Assembly (NCBI GenBank): GCA_051294905.1
Contig: CM119383.1
Span: 6,696,001 to 6,760,000, forward strand
Source of the DNA: Botryllus schlosseri
Lineage: Eukaryota
Length of the DNA stretch: 64,000 nucleotides
Reading direction: 5' to 3'
Shown here one piece after another: positions 23,301 to 36,576 of the stretch. The notes below the pieces were generated by a model. The model worked only from the letters and a program-made list of their open reading frames with translations, was not told the DNA's origin and ran no database searches. The first letter of the stretch is position 1. Each line of letters opens with the position of its first letter. The position numbers and the translations under genes are program-made.

Positions 23301-26300
23301 CTCTCTTCCGCTTCATTTCGAATAACTTGGATTCCACATCGTACGTCGCCTAGAGACAGGCAATTAGTTGGTACATCAAGGAAGTGATGCGGCGTCAGCA
23401 AGCGTCTATTGTATAAGCGTGCCTGGTTCCTGCATTGAACCCTCATTGCTTGCTACAATGTGAATGGCGTCTGCCCGACTTTGAAAGGCAATTTCTTTCC
23501 GGCATGACTGTGCGTTTGCATGCCGTACAGCACAGAGCGTTGTGTACATTTACAGTCGTATATTGCTGTTTGCAATACCTCGGTTTGGGTTACAAAGCAC
23601 AAGAGGTGTATGAAGGGTGTGTTTCCAAGCTGAAAGTCGCAAACTAATTGTCTAGGCAATTCTTATTACGACCACAACTCCACACTTCATGGGACCTCAA
23701 TATGCGGTAGCATTTCTCATCATTGCAGTAATGCAAACAATCTGGTTTTCACAGTCGCAAATTTATCATAAATCAAGCGCATAATGTTTTTATAACGGCC
23801 CGCAGTGTGCCTTACTATTCATCAAAATCGTTCAATCACCGACACCATGCCCCAGACACTCTGTAAATATGAAGTTTGGATAGGGATACTTCAATATCGA
23901 GAAAGTTCACAGTTACGGGCACTCAACCGGCAAGGACACGCTGAGAAAATTCCTTTGCAAACGCTTTGACTGAAGTCGCCCATAGGAGACGTGTAATTTG
24001 TGGATTGCGGCAGGAAAAAAAAAACTTTATATCAAATCTCAGTTCGCAATCTCACAATAGTAAGTACACAAGGACGCTGGCGCAAATTGATCTCACTCGA
24101 CTTGTTTCATATTTTGAAGTCAGCCGACGATACCGGATGACAGCCGGATACACGAAGTCACTATTGCAACCAACTGTCACAAGGCAGAGACCTGATGTAT
24201 GTGTCTACAAGAAGTAAACCAGATGAAACATCCACAATCCTTCGTTCAAATATTAACCTTCGAACAACGAACGACATCGCGAAGACCAAACAACATGCAT
24301 TTCTATTGAAACAATGTATGTCCCCGAAGACAAACACAACAAAACCGATTCTAAGATGCTTGACGTCGCACGTCGATACGTACAAGACAAGAGGGTCGAC
24401 GATAAATATTTGATGTAATCATGTTCCGTTGAAAAGGATTTTTTGCTACTCATGTATGTGTAACGCCATAAATTTCTACACAATTACGAGAAATAACAAT
24501 TTTAATGATCTGTCAAAACTATTTAACTATTTCAAGTGGAGGCAGGAAATAAGGTCCAAAATGCACTGAAGTATGTTGTCTCACCAAGTACATTTGGTCG
24601 AGGGGTTGCATATTAATGACACAGCAAATAGGTACCATCTTTGAAAATATATTCAGTTACCGTGATTCAGCTGCAAGTTTTGGATGTAGTGCAAAACATA
24701 ACTGTTCCGGTAAACAGCGACAAGTAGGCAACACTTACTACCGTAGATCACTCCGCAAAAGTAGAAGTTCTCCGTTACTGACAACCTCTGCACGGGATAG
24801 CCTACCTCTCTCCTCTAAGTACGCAATCCTCTCACCTTAAGGCAATCGTAGAGTCCGGACGGTATTTCCGACGCCTTTCTTTGCAGCTTCTTCTCCGCGT
24901 TCCGCAACGCCTCTTTCGTCGCGTCCAGTTCCTTCATGATCCCGGCCAACCTGACGCTGCCGAATTCTCCTTCGCCCACCGACATTCCGATAACGGAGTC
25001 TTCGCTCTGGGGGACGACACAAAAGTGTGAGACTACGACATAAAATGATAACCAAAATTTTTCGACCAAAGAAGGACATGAATAAGATTTAAAGCGCGTT
25101 AAACAGTTTCGGCATAGTGTCCTATATTGTGTCGACACAAGCAAATCTCACGCCTCAGTGAAATAGTATCACGTCACAATTTCCATTTGGCTACAGGCAA
25201 TTTGACGGTCATTTTTGACCGGCTTTCCAAGCATTAAATTTGGTAAAACGGATATCAATCGAAAGCTGACTCTGCACTGATTACGAAAATATAAATTTTA
25301 TTCCGCTCGCGTCCCTGGAACTCCCACAATCAGCCTTGAATTTTTCGTTGTTATGGAGATTGGCATTGGGACGCAACAATGCTGTCTGGCGAAACGAGAG
25401 AGTAGCTCAAGAGAAAAAGAGCCAGACAGCATTGTTGCGTCCCAATGCCAATCTCCATAACAACGAAAAATTCAAGGCTGATTGTGGGAGTTCCAGGGAC
25501 GCGAGCAGAATAAAATTTATATTTTCGTAATCAGTGCAGAGTCAGCTTTCGATTGATATCCGTTTTACCAAATTTAATGCTCGGCAAGCCGGTCAAAAAT
25601 GATCGTCAAATTGCCTATAGCCAAATGGAAATTGTGACGTGATACAATTTCACTGAGGCGTGAGATTTGCTTGTGTCGACACCATATAGGACAATATGGT
25701 TTCGGCGAACCATGGTGACAATGGTAACGGTAAAATCCAGAAGTGGTCAGTAACAAAATATTTTTACTAACATGTTTTTTGCCAACTTGAACTACATACT
25801 TCCAATTCTGCTAGAATAGCTTTGACATTTTGAATTTTGAGTAGTAGAAAGCAGTTTTGTGATAGGCTTGCATCCCTTCCCCTTTTCATCAATACTTCTA
25901 CTTTTTCAAAGTACTGCGGCACAGGTTCGCTTACTTACGCAAGCGATTCTGCTTTCAAGTCACTTCCGGTTCAAATTGAAAGTTTTTGAAGCATGCCTAC
26001 TTCTTTTTTTCTTGATTTGTAACGTATAATGTAGTTTTCAGATAGGATCGAATCACTTTTTGCCGGTGAGCAACTGGTTTCATTAGCGTCATTAGTCGCT
26101 TCACATTAGTCGCGGAGATACATTGTAATTCATAATTACCTCCATTGCATTACTTCAATTTCTTATTATTCACAACCAACTCTAGTTTATTTTTACATGG
26201 ATTTGCAACATATTTACAAAACAAAGCATCATCGACAACTCCTGCCATCTCCCCTATTCTGCTTCACAAGGTGCGTATCCATTACTGCGCGTGCGAGTTC

Positions 26301-29300
26301 CTACAATCTAATTTTCGTATCCCATAATAACCTAGAAACTATATCCCTGAGAGTCCACAGCCACAATCTGCGCTAATTATCCACACCTGAGACAGGATGA
26401 TGACATTATGGATTCTAAATGTGCCTGGATATTGCATTACCATTGATTTTTACAGCGGAGTCGCGGTCGCAAATCGAACTTGACAAGTCACGGCTCAGTG
26501 AGAATCCTATTTAACGTTTGATCGAGTTAGCACTCGGCTTTGCAGACATATCTCAATGAGCAGCGGTGTATCAATCTCGCAACCAACACCTACTAAGTTG
26601 TGTGAGCTACAAGACAGTCGAGATGCCAGATACAGTTCACAAGAAAGCAGTTAAGTACAAGAAGTTTTAGAGTGATCAACTCTTGACCTTCTAGACTGCT
26701 AATCCTTAAATTCAACGCCTACAGTCATTCCACGCATCATCATCATATAACCAAATACTGCACCAGAAGACCAGTAAAAGCGGATCATATTTGTCAAGGA
26801 CAATGAAGTCGCGTTAAGGACACGTGTATATCGTACATCAGCATCAGATGGCATAGAATCTGGGATTAGACCACGTAGACATCAATTAGGATTATAGACA
26901 CAGTGGCGAAGGTCCCCCAAGGGAGAACATTATCCCTGATAATAGCCGGATAAGTCTGGTATCTCGTTTCAGTCGTCTTATGCCAAGTAAATTGCAATTT
27001 AATCGCGGAGTTACAGACAGAAAATTGTAACCACACATGATACAACGATTGCATAGTGATTTGTACTGTTGGTGCAAGATTTTGCAATTATACCCGACCG
27101 AATCATTTTATGTTACACAAACTGTAAACACATAGCGGATGCAACGATTGATTACCATACCACCCTGATATGATTTGCCCTTATTTTTGATGTGTTCACA
27201 TATTTTGTCTCAATCTGTGATCATCACAGCTCACAATAGCTAGATCAGTGGTTCTTCACCTTTACGCCAAGCTGCAAGCTTTACCTCCAGTGAACCCCTG
27301 AAACTGGCTCCTTGAGCCCCTGGCGTTCGGGTGAACCCCAGTCAAGAATAACAAATAAAACACCGCAGCTGGGAATGAGGCTCCAGAAATATCTTGGCGA
27401 GGCTACTTTCATATCAATGGCAACACTTATACGTGGCTCGTCATATAAATCTACAGGCCTAACGAAAAACAAAAATTCAACACTTCACCTCCCCGCTATG
27501 ACTCCCTCCGCTTCTGTCATCGTCATTATTATGTGTGATATCCCGCGTCCTGAAAATATTACATCAAAATATTGATGTTTGAAAATAGCGCACTACAACC
27601 GATGACGTATGTGACAATGGGGTGTCAAACCGTGTCAAACAAGTGCGACTGGCATGCACCGAAACAAACTATAGATACACTGCACGTGTGTTGCCAATTA
27701 GGAAGCAGTGATGTAGGCCTTCCATTTCTATTTAATGAGTTTCACGCACCTGGACATCTATTCAATGAATGATCTACTTTGAACACTACAGTTTTGCAGA
27801 ATATTGAATCACACACGATTGTTAACTGTTCCTTGATTCCAAATTCAGAACGGCTTGTTAATATACCGCTACTGGAACGGACATATGTCCATCAAAATCA
27901 TCTCATGCCAATATATTTTGGTTTCCGGGAATAGCTACCATACAATCAAACACAGCAATTTCCTTCACAATGCGCGGAATGCATCGACTAATATACAACG
28001 CTCCATCAAACACCCCTCAAAGAAACGTGCCACGTTACACATCGAAACCACTCCGGTCAACCAACAAAAGCGGATAAAAGCAGTGAAGGTTTTATTACCA
28101 AATTTTATCGATTTCCGTTTCCGCGAGCATAGTGTCCATGCTGGACTGCAGCAGTTTCATTTTCTCCTGTATATTCTCGATGGTACGGTTAGAGTCTCGC
28201 TTCACATGCACGCCGTAGAACATTCCGCTCAATGCCATTAGAAGCGATATGGTAAGAAGGGCGTCCTTGAAAAAGCTCGTTTTCGCTGTGCAAAGATACG
28301 GTCGTGAATTGACCGAGCGCCGTGCGGCAGTGACGATTTGTGGGAAGCCAAATCATGCTGGCTTGATTTCATTAAACAGATCCCGCTAGCTTTGGAAACC
28401 AACAACTACAACAAGCTTCCTTTGTTACAATACTCTCTGCCATTCACTCCCACAGCCCACCCCCTTAATCCATAGTAAGTAGACGCTTGATTTACTGAAA
28501 CAATTCTCACAAAGGTAAATTTCAAGACTCCGACAAATAAGATATAATAGGCTATATTGTCAAGTTGCTGCTTCTTGTGATGGCGATTTACAAGTTAGGC
28601 TATACTTAAACTTGTCTGAAAAAAGATCGATTGCAATACGTGAAACTTGGCTGAAAAAGATCCATTACGATACAAACTGGACTGAAAAAATCCTTTACCA
28701 TAAGTGCAATTGACATTATATCAAATTTAATTTAGAGGCAGTGTACAATATCGCACAGCAACCCACTGCGCCATGTTTGAAATAAAGACGAATAGGATTA
28801 TCGAAAATCAATACCTATGGATCAGGGCCTTCAATTTTAGGATTGAGAAACTCAGGTCACCAAGTTCGCTTGTGACATATATGAGACAAATGGCTGAGTC
28901 CGAAGGTCGGCGTAAGACCCTTGGGTATGCCCGTCAGCGTATTGTCTTGACGGTGCTACCAAAATTCTTAGTCGCCAGTAGTTCAACTGAACAATCATTT
29001 CATTCAGTTCGGCAGCAAGTTATAGAGTTTCCCAATACCACTGTCGATTACGCAGGCCTCTATAGACTAATATTTGTCAGTTCCCATCAAGTTGTTGAAA
29101 GATTTTTCACTGCTATCGATTCCTTTGTCCATCATCATAAAACGCAAAACCCATTCCATATGCTTCCCTTATAGTCATAACTCAGCACCAATCCAAGCAT
29201 GAAGTACACCAAATAACAGTTGCTCCAACATTCTATCGGAACATTGGAATGAAATTGACAAATAATATCAAACACAGACCACCATTACAAATTGTAGTCT

Positions 29301-31532
29301 CAAATTTCGCCTAACCATTTCAACGATAGGAATTAGTAGGTGAATCACAAGTTTAATTCAGAGTTGTAGTAAGCCATTGAAAACACTCGAGTTAATTCTT
29401 CTGAACTATTTTATCAGATAGGGACAGGTACTGATACTCACGCTTCGACGGTCCGAACAGCACCACCTGTTTTGCGATCAGCATCAATTTCAATTTGTTT
29501 TCCTTCGAACCTTCCACCAGAATTGTTACGATGGAGCCATTCCAAGCCAAGCTGGCAAACAAAAAATATCACTAAGCGTGATGCTTTCACTTTCAATGTA
29601 ACCATGCAAAAAGACACCAAGTTTAGCAATATATGCAAATACTCGATATCAACGTCAACAGTTCAACACCACACGTTGACATGTAAATACAAGAATCAAT
29701 ATCTCACAAGCCGTCAACTTGCAAGCATAGCTGCTGTAAATTTCCAATACCGCAAATGCCCTAGATTTCACATCATCACCATCGATTAAGCTACCAGTTA
29801 TATCATAAATAGCACAGATTCATTGGGCAAGCTATCACAACATCGAATGGTATCATCAAACTTTATTGACACAAAACGGCTATGAAATCTTAAAACGAAG
29901 CATGCCAAAAGCTCAAATGCCTCGACAATAAGTGATTAGGCAAGTTGACGGAACCCAAAACAGAACACCAGATTCCCAGACGCTGCGCAAATATCAATGT
30001 CACAAAATAATACCAACATTGGGAAAGACGATCCTGAGACATTCAGCGTTTGAAAGATCAAGCAATACTGCGGCAATTCCACTTCGTATTTGAGCCATCG
30101 CAGCATGTCTGCGTTTGTCCAATTGTGTGCTAAAATACAATTTGTCACGCCAGTTACAAATGATCAGTGTCAAATGAAGTCTGTCTGCGACAGAAAGCCT
30201 ATCAGATGAAAGATCAATCTCATGACTTCATAAAAGCTGCCTTGATGGGTGTCTATGACTCGTGAAAATCCATACTTTTAAATAATGAATGAGCATAAAA
30301 CCAGTCAAACATATTGCTCTAACTAAGACCCACAAGTTTCTATAGTAATCAATAATACATAAGAAGATGCTTGGTAGTTGAACCATAAATATAAGGTGTG
30401 TACATAATACACCTGCTGTGTGGTTGGTGATCTTAGCAGGATCATAACATCATCACATTAGCAAGTAATTGCGCACTATTATATCACACTTATCATTCAG
30501 ATTTAAAGAAACGATGGGTTACCCTCAGATTGGATCCAACTCTCCCAAAATTCTTGCTCGGAAATACGTCCGTCAACATCAGTCTTGAAACCAGCCAAAT
30601 TTGTATCCTTTTCCGTTTGTAATTCTTTTTGTTTCGCCATAAACTGCAACGCAAGACACATTCTGAATACGCAAATTATATCAAAAGACGGACTGAAAGT
30701 TCATAACTGTATCGTGTATAGGCCTATATGCTATACCTGTATCATGACACTATAATTGAGCACGATTACGCAAGTGCATTAGGGTTGGTTTTGCTTACAT
30801 TTTGCAAATAGGTTGTGCATGCAGTAAATCTGGGGAGTCCCCAAATTTACTGCACACAAAATCTCTTCCGTCTTCATGAAAAGCCTCGGTCTTTGTCACA
30901 ATTGCAACGAAATTGAGGTTAGTGGGCCTATCAATGGAACTTGGTCTGCTTCAACTATTACTCACTGAAGATGTCAAGTTCCAATGCAAAGATTAGGCTA
31001 CGCATCCCAGATATAATTCATGTAAAAGCACTTTAGATGTGAGGCAGTAGTAATGATTTGCCACTATTTAAGCATGGTATTTGAAGCAAGGTTGCAAAAA
31101 TCACCTTGACTGAGATTCTGGAAACGGTCAATACATCTTGGATGTTGACAAAACTAGTAATTCTATTTGCTTTCACACGTGAATTAAATTATCAAGACAG
31201 GTCAAATAGGAGATTTAATTTTCCTAGCCAGGTCGCACCGGTGTTGGCAAAGAGCCTCAAAAGGTCTTTCAACACTACATATGATTAAAACCAGATGTCA
31301 TGGTCAGCATGTGAAACGATATTAACAAGCTAGGAAGCCTGCTATAGGATTCATGACCGCTTCCCGGTGATGATCTGATCAAAATATCGATGCAATTGTG
31401 TGGGTAGACAAATAAAACAATAACATACCACAGCACCCTCGTCTATCGAAACATTTCCATCTTCGTCCGTGTCCAGTTCATCATGCATTTTGCGTATGGC
31501 TTCTTTCGAAATTTCGTCCATGAATGTGTCAT
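17373..31532 (-). CDS. STIM: Stromal interaction molecule (ER Ca2+ sensor). Coding exons in transcript order: 31532-31429, 30643-30523, 30129-30018, 29551-29442, 28285-28099, 27549-27489, 25006-24836, 23349-23269, 22121-22021, 20479-20340, 19210-19129, 19063-18995, 17955-17373. The 5'-most exon(s) are unresolved.
   Basis: Canonical EF-hand DTDEDGNVSIDE; hidden EF-hand ...GRISEQEFWESW; SAM domain HNWTNADMLRWLKYEVELPQY...VVLFGP; TM segment KDALLTISLLMALSGMFYGV; CC1 end ELDATKEALRNAEKKL; SOAR-like ...ERKKRWTTIESLCKFRI; polybasic tail KRTFFQRKNKEKTGK. All junctions are GT/AG with matching phases, and 1922 nt plus one upstream nucleotide gives 641 codons. Confidence 0.93.
19279..19442. mobile_element. 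Short GACTCGAGTC-family hAT MITE
   Basis: Ends CAGGGTTGTAAC / GTTAAAACCCTG; TSD AAGTAACG/AAGTAGCG (7 of 8 match). Confidence 0.8.
19476..20002. mobile_element. GACTCGAGTC-family hAT MITE
   Basis: TIR CAGGGTTGTAA/TTACAACCCTG; perfect 8-bp TSD GTGCAAGG; many gactcgagtc subterminal motifs. Confidence 0.9.
20571..20720 (+). mobile_element. tRNA-derived SINE family A, second copy
   Basis: gacaagatagcgtaatggt...cttgatcggtaggtcgtggattcaatc...ggtcataccaaatacctga...gcttggcactcagc, collinear with the 9775-9924 copy. A weaker copy lies at about 36180-36270. Confidence 0.75.
25113..25698. mobile_element. Foldback (palindromic) element, 586 bp, CATAG-type termini, 7-bp TSD
   Basis: 278-bp arms (25113-25390 and 25421-25698) with roughly 8 mismatches by eye and a 30-bp spacer; flanked by GTTTCGG direct repeats (25106-25112 and 25699-25705). 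Confidence 0.92.
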
Positions 31533-31719
31533 CTATAGTAAATTATGAATATTACATATACAAACACTACTGTGACTATCTTGGTGCTTTTAGTATAATA
31601 TGTTCAATTTGTAGTTTTAATAGGTAATACATTGAAAGTTTGAGTAATTGAATCGTTGGATTTTGAATGAATTTTCAGAGAATAAGATTGAGGTATAATA
31701 CCATAATATCTCTTATGTG

Positions 31720-32290
31720 CTTGATCCCGTAATGCATTCTGAACATGAAGACCAGACATGTAACACTATGTATAATATTGTATTGAAAATCATGTCAAAT
31801 TAATCCTCAACTAGACTACCAACCAATTATTGCTTTTAAACTAATAGTAAATCAATAAAAGCATGATGTATTGCATAAAATAGTGATGCTACATGAACAT
31901 CTGAAAGGGAAATGCTTCGAATTTTTGTGTTAGTGAAACACAACAAACTACTACAGTACCCGTCTAAAAACACACAAAATTTTGCAAGATGAAGTAAGGC
32001 ATGTCTTGATCCCGTAATGCATTCTAAACATGAAGACCAGACATGTAACACTATGTATAATATTGTATTGAAAATCATGTCAAATTAATCCTCATAACGA
32101 GACTACCGACCAATTATTGCTTAAACTAATAGTAAATCAATAAAAGCATGATGTATTGCCTAAAATAGTGCTGCTGCAATGAACATCTGAAAGGGAAATG
32201 CTTAGAATTTTCGTGTTAGTGAAACACAACATACTGCTACAGTACCGGTCTAGAAACACACAAAAGTTTGCCAGATGAAGTAAGGCATGT
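31720..32290 (+). repeat. Tandem duplication, two units of about 285 bp
   Basis: cttgatcccgtaatgcattct...gatgaagtaaggcatgt occurs at 31720-32004 and again at 32005-32290 with scattered substitutions. Confidence 0.92.
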
Positions 32291-35200
32291 GGAGCTGCAA
32301 ATTTTCATGGATGAAGTAGGCTAAATATTTGTTAAGAATTCCAAACCTACTAGCAAAACAAACCAACTTCACACCGCCACTGAGCCTACCTTGTAGGATT
32401 GCTCAGTTCAGCAACAGCTGTAGACATCATGGAATATATCTAATTGAAATCTGATAAGGTCTTGTACACAAACCAAGAATGCCCTATAACCTTATAAGAT
32501 AACTATAGTGATAATGGCAATTCCCATTTCTATTTCTGCACCAACATTCTATCAAGACTTAGCAGGGGTACCAATCAACGATGCAGTCCATTTGCAAGAT
32601 GACAGTGGATTAAAACCAAACAAAGGTAATCTACACATTAAAAAAACAGCAGCTAATGCTTATGTATCGACATAGTTAGGCTCGAATATACCCTTCAATT
32701 CAGTGCAAGGTCTTTGAATAATGGATTAGGATTGCCAAACCTTGGCAATTGCTGAAATCAATAGCAATATGGGACTTTTGAGCAACTATTCAAGACGGAT
32801 AAGTAACCCCACACGGCCACAACTAACTTAGTGAGGAATAAATTTCTGACAGAAGCTGGGGGAAGCTTCGATACTAAAAAGTTAACTGATGATAGATTGA
32901 ATTCTGGTCAAAAACACCCACTGAACAGCTGATAGACAAGATTTATGATAAGTGTTATGAGTAATGAGACGAGCTAATGTCTAACAATACCTGGAAGAAA
33001 TACAATGAACATTGTACAGTGATGACTCATAATGATTGTGACAATTACCTAGCTAGATGGTGATGCTGCACCAGCATTGCATAATATACCGGCACTGCAA
33101 CCATCATAAATTTTACATGATTTTAACTCCAATACCTTAACCCAAAATAGGACGTTTCATTAAATTATTACAACAAAACAATAGCCAGTGGACAATTACA
33201 ATTGCATCATACTATTTACAATTTGTAGTAGGAATATTCCACATTGGCTATGAAAGTGACAAGTGACAAGGCTCAGTCGACTCATTTGCAGGTGAAACAT
33301 AGCTACGGTATCGTAGGTCAACCAAGTTGGCGCAATAACTTTCTTTTATATCGCTTTATAATTGTGGCATGGATTGGATTGGTATTATCCTTTCATCAGG
33401 AAAATGCTATCGCTGATTTCGGCTTCAAGTCTCACTAGAAGATTACGTATATATTACGTATATACAAAACCAATCAGTGGTCCCTCTCGAATTTAGATAA
33501 TGGTGAGCGCTTCAATATAGAACAAAATACCATACCTCAAAACCTCCCTAAGGTCAAGCAAACGCGGCTTGGCAGATTTAGTGATAGGGTATTTTTCATC
33601 ACATTGAGCTGAGAGTAATTGTGACCCCCATACAATACAGACCATGTCAATTATTCGTACTTACACAATACTTACTATTAAATTGAATGTTCAGTCTTTT
33701 ATTTCCGTTACTTGACCAAGAAAAGGAGGTCAGGTTTGCAATGAGGAAAAACAGCAGGAATACAAAATATGGCCGATACATCCTTTGAAAGTCATATATT
33801 TACAATAAGCTTTTACATTGAAGTTGCACACTCTATTTACAGATACGTTTAATATAATAACCTGAAATACATATAGAAATACAGGTCATTTTGGAACATC
33901 TATAACAACTTGATGTATAGCAATGTGTAAGCATATGAAAAGCATGATGAATAGGAGATTAGTAATAGCAATATGCAATGGGCGCCACGAAACCATACCA
34001 AGTATAAAACTTAATAACACTAAGTAATATATATATAACGATAAAGGGATTTGAATGTTTGACTGGTGAATTTTGCAATAATGGCAGTTGCATTTGCATA
34101 GTGATTACACCAGTGCAACAGCTTGCATAAATTAGAAACATGCTTGTACTGTACATATCCTAATCCTACACCTTTGACTTGACATTCAAATTCCTTAACT
34201 ATCAATTAACCTCACAACCTGCGATGAATGAGTCAAATTTGAATAAGCTTCCATGAACACTCAATGCACGACTAGGCCCTATGCCTGACTATGTCATAGG
34301 ATCCTGAACCTGTATACTACAGTGGACGCTATAGGTGTAGTTGAGCTTCTAACCGTTTCATAATGACAATCACTGGAATCATGGCCTACTAAACTACAAA
34401 TGTACACATTGAAATATAATAGGAGGTAAACAAGCTGTAGAAATTACCATCATGAATCAAAGAAAACAATTTCAAGAGAGAAGTCAAAAAGACCACAATA
34501 CTAGGGTATAACAAATGTAGGTGAATTGGGAAATGAGAATAGCATTCTTATCTATATACAAAACAGTCTAATGAGTTCGAGTGGTATATAGGCCTACTGA
34601 TTACCATGCCTATGGAATGAATGAATAGCAAATTAAAAGACTGCATCACATCGTGACTGCATACCTAATGCATGCAAAATTGTAAAAAAACACGTCATAT
34701 TGAAGAGAATTATTAAGAAGCATATAATTTTCTATTGCTAACCAGCAAGGTCAAACAATTTATCTCGCTACAATAAAATTATGGTGTCTCATTTTCAGTG
34801 TAAGGTCCAACGAATATAGACATGTAGTAACAAATCAATTTTAATCCATGGCTGAAATTCATAGGATTTGCATGAACTCAAGTTGACTAACAAGACGTTT
34901 CTGATACTGGACTTGCATCACAAGTCTTGCCATGATTCAATCGTTATTGTATCAACAGCAATCCATACCAGGCATAATGTGATATTGTTATCAATTTGTT
35001 ATGTCATTGCCTGTAACATAACTGCTGGTATGATTCATGGCACACGAGTGGGAACAATCTTACACAGCTCCTTACATATTATATGTCTAGCATTCTGGCA
35101 TTCTGTAGAATTTGTCTACCGACTCTATATACTACAATCAATTGAATTCTCTATTCATTCTTACTAGCAGAATTCACTCTGTTACCAGGTTCCCAACAAA

Positions 35201-35639
35201 ATAGTAAAATCAGCGGATATCCAGACGCTGGTATAAGGTTCATATGAATATACGACGCGGCATGGTTTTACAAAGTTTGTTCTAAGGGTGGCAAGGAAAC
35301 TCAAAAGCGATTTCCACCATAATGTAAACAATGAGACCATATGCAAATAGAAAGCGATTGCTGTAACGTGGTAAGGAATTGCTGATGTAACAAACTATAG
35401 CCATGTATGCTAAATGGGTAACTGGAAATGCATATATTGGTAACAAACTATGCGTCAGAGAGGCCGTAGAGGTATTGGATAATCAAAGGTATAAATATCA
35501 CAGCTTACCGTACCAGACCAGAGGGTTGTATAGGCCCATTATACCGTAGGGGTGGATGAGGGTGATGGCTTATCAATCGTTAAGTTGCTATATGCATACG
35601 GCATCGAACTTACTGCGAAAATGATAAACTTTCACTCAC

Positions 35640-35729
35640 GAACACGCATGCAACTGCAAACGAACGCACCGGTGCCTAATTCAGCAACAGTGCAGACAAA
35701 AACAAACCAGAGGATGATGCCAAACGCTA
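35640..35729 (-). CDS. Candidate STIM signal-peptide exon (xAFGIILWFVFVCTVAELGTGAFVCSCMRV)
   Basis: 90-nt phase1-phase1 segment bounded by CAG and a strong GTGAGT donor. It encodes a hydrophobic core, and its phase matches the EF-hand exon. There is no in-frame ATG: the nearby ATG at 35743 is out of frame by one base. Confidence 0.45.
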
Positions 35730-36576
35730 CTGAACGTTCTCATGGATGGACGGGAAGTTGACGTCGCTCAATTAAAGTAAAATGACAACTCTCTCCTGGC
35801 TCCTTGCGGAATATGGCAGTAATCATTTATTTTCGATTACTCCTTTTCGTTCTGCCGATTGCAGACGAATGAGATAAAATTAATATCCTCCATCAGGTTT
35901 CAAGACAGCGTTAGAGCACATCAATATCGTTTTAGTACCTCTTCAATAGATTCAATCCACCACAAGAATTTCAATACTTAGTTGGCCGTCTGAGTTCAAT
36001 GACTACACTACTCCAAGTCGCTTTGACACCTTGCTATCTTTTCGATATATCGCAATCTTGTGTTCTTTGAAAGGAAATTATCAACCATAAATCGAACTGA
36101 GAGGTTTCAAAGACTTGGTGATCAATCAAAGTCATATGAAATCACTAGGCCATTGTTGGGAGAGCTCATGGTGTAGTACAGCGATCAGTTAGTGTAATGG
36201 CAGAGCATCCCGCTTCTTGATTGGTAGCTACTAGGTGAGAGTGAGACCGAACCCCCGCTAGTAAGCAAGCTGTGCAGTACTCCCCACATATTGCAACTCA
36301 GCCGCGATCTTTTCCAGGAAGAGCGTCAATCGGCTTGCAAAGAACTTGGAGATATCGCCACGATAACTTATTTTTACAAAATACCCCATATCTTGCCTTC
36401 TCATTACGATTAGATTTGACTGGTGTTAAATGAACAAGTAAGCGACAAGTGAATTTATTAGGCTCTTTATTGGCAAAGCAGGCCATATCAAGAAACTGAA
36501 ACATACCAAAGAACGTGCATTTTTCATTATTATCTATCACCGCAACACATCAACAAGGACACGATCACATATAAGT

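Noticed and set aside
24100-24420. Coding-like composition in a STIM intron on the plus strand
   Set aside because: The frames are broken by stops and match nothing I recognise; checked as possible HHIP propeller exons with no similarity.
28773-29330. 133-aa ORF and faint LINE-like peptide remnants
   Set aside because: No diagnostic reverse transcriptase or C-terminal motif could be read with confidence.
32385-32430. Possible small STIM 5' exon (VAELSNPT) before a GTAGGC donor
   Set aside because: Every open reading ends in phase 2, incompatible with the phase-1 start of the EF-hand exon.
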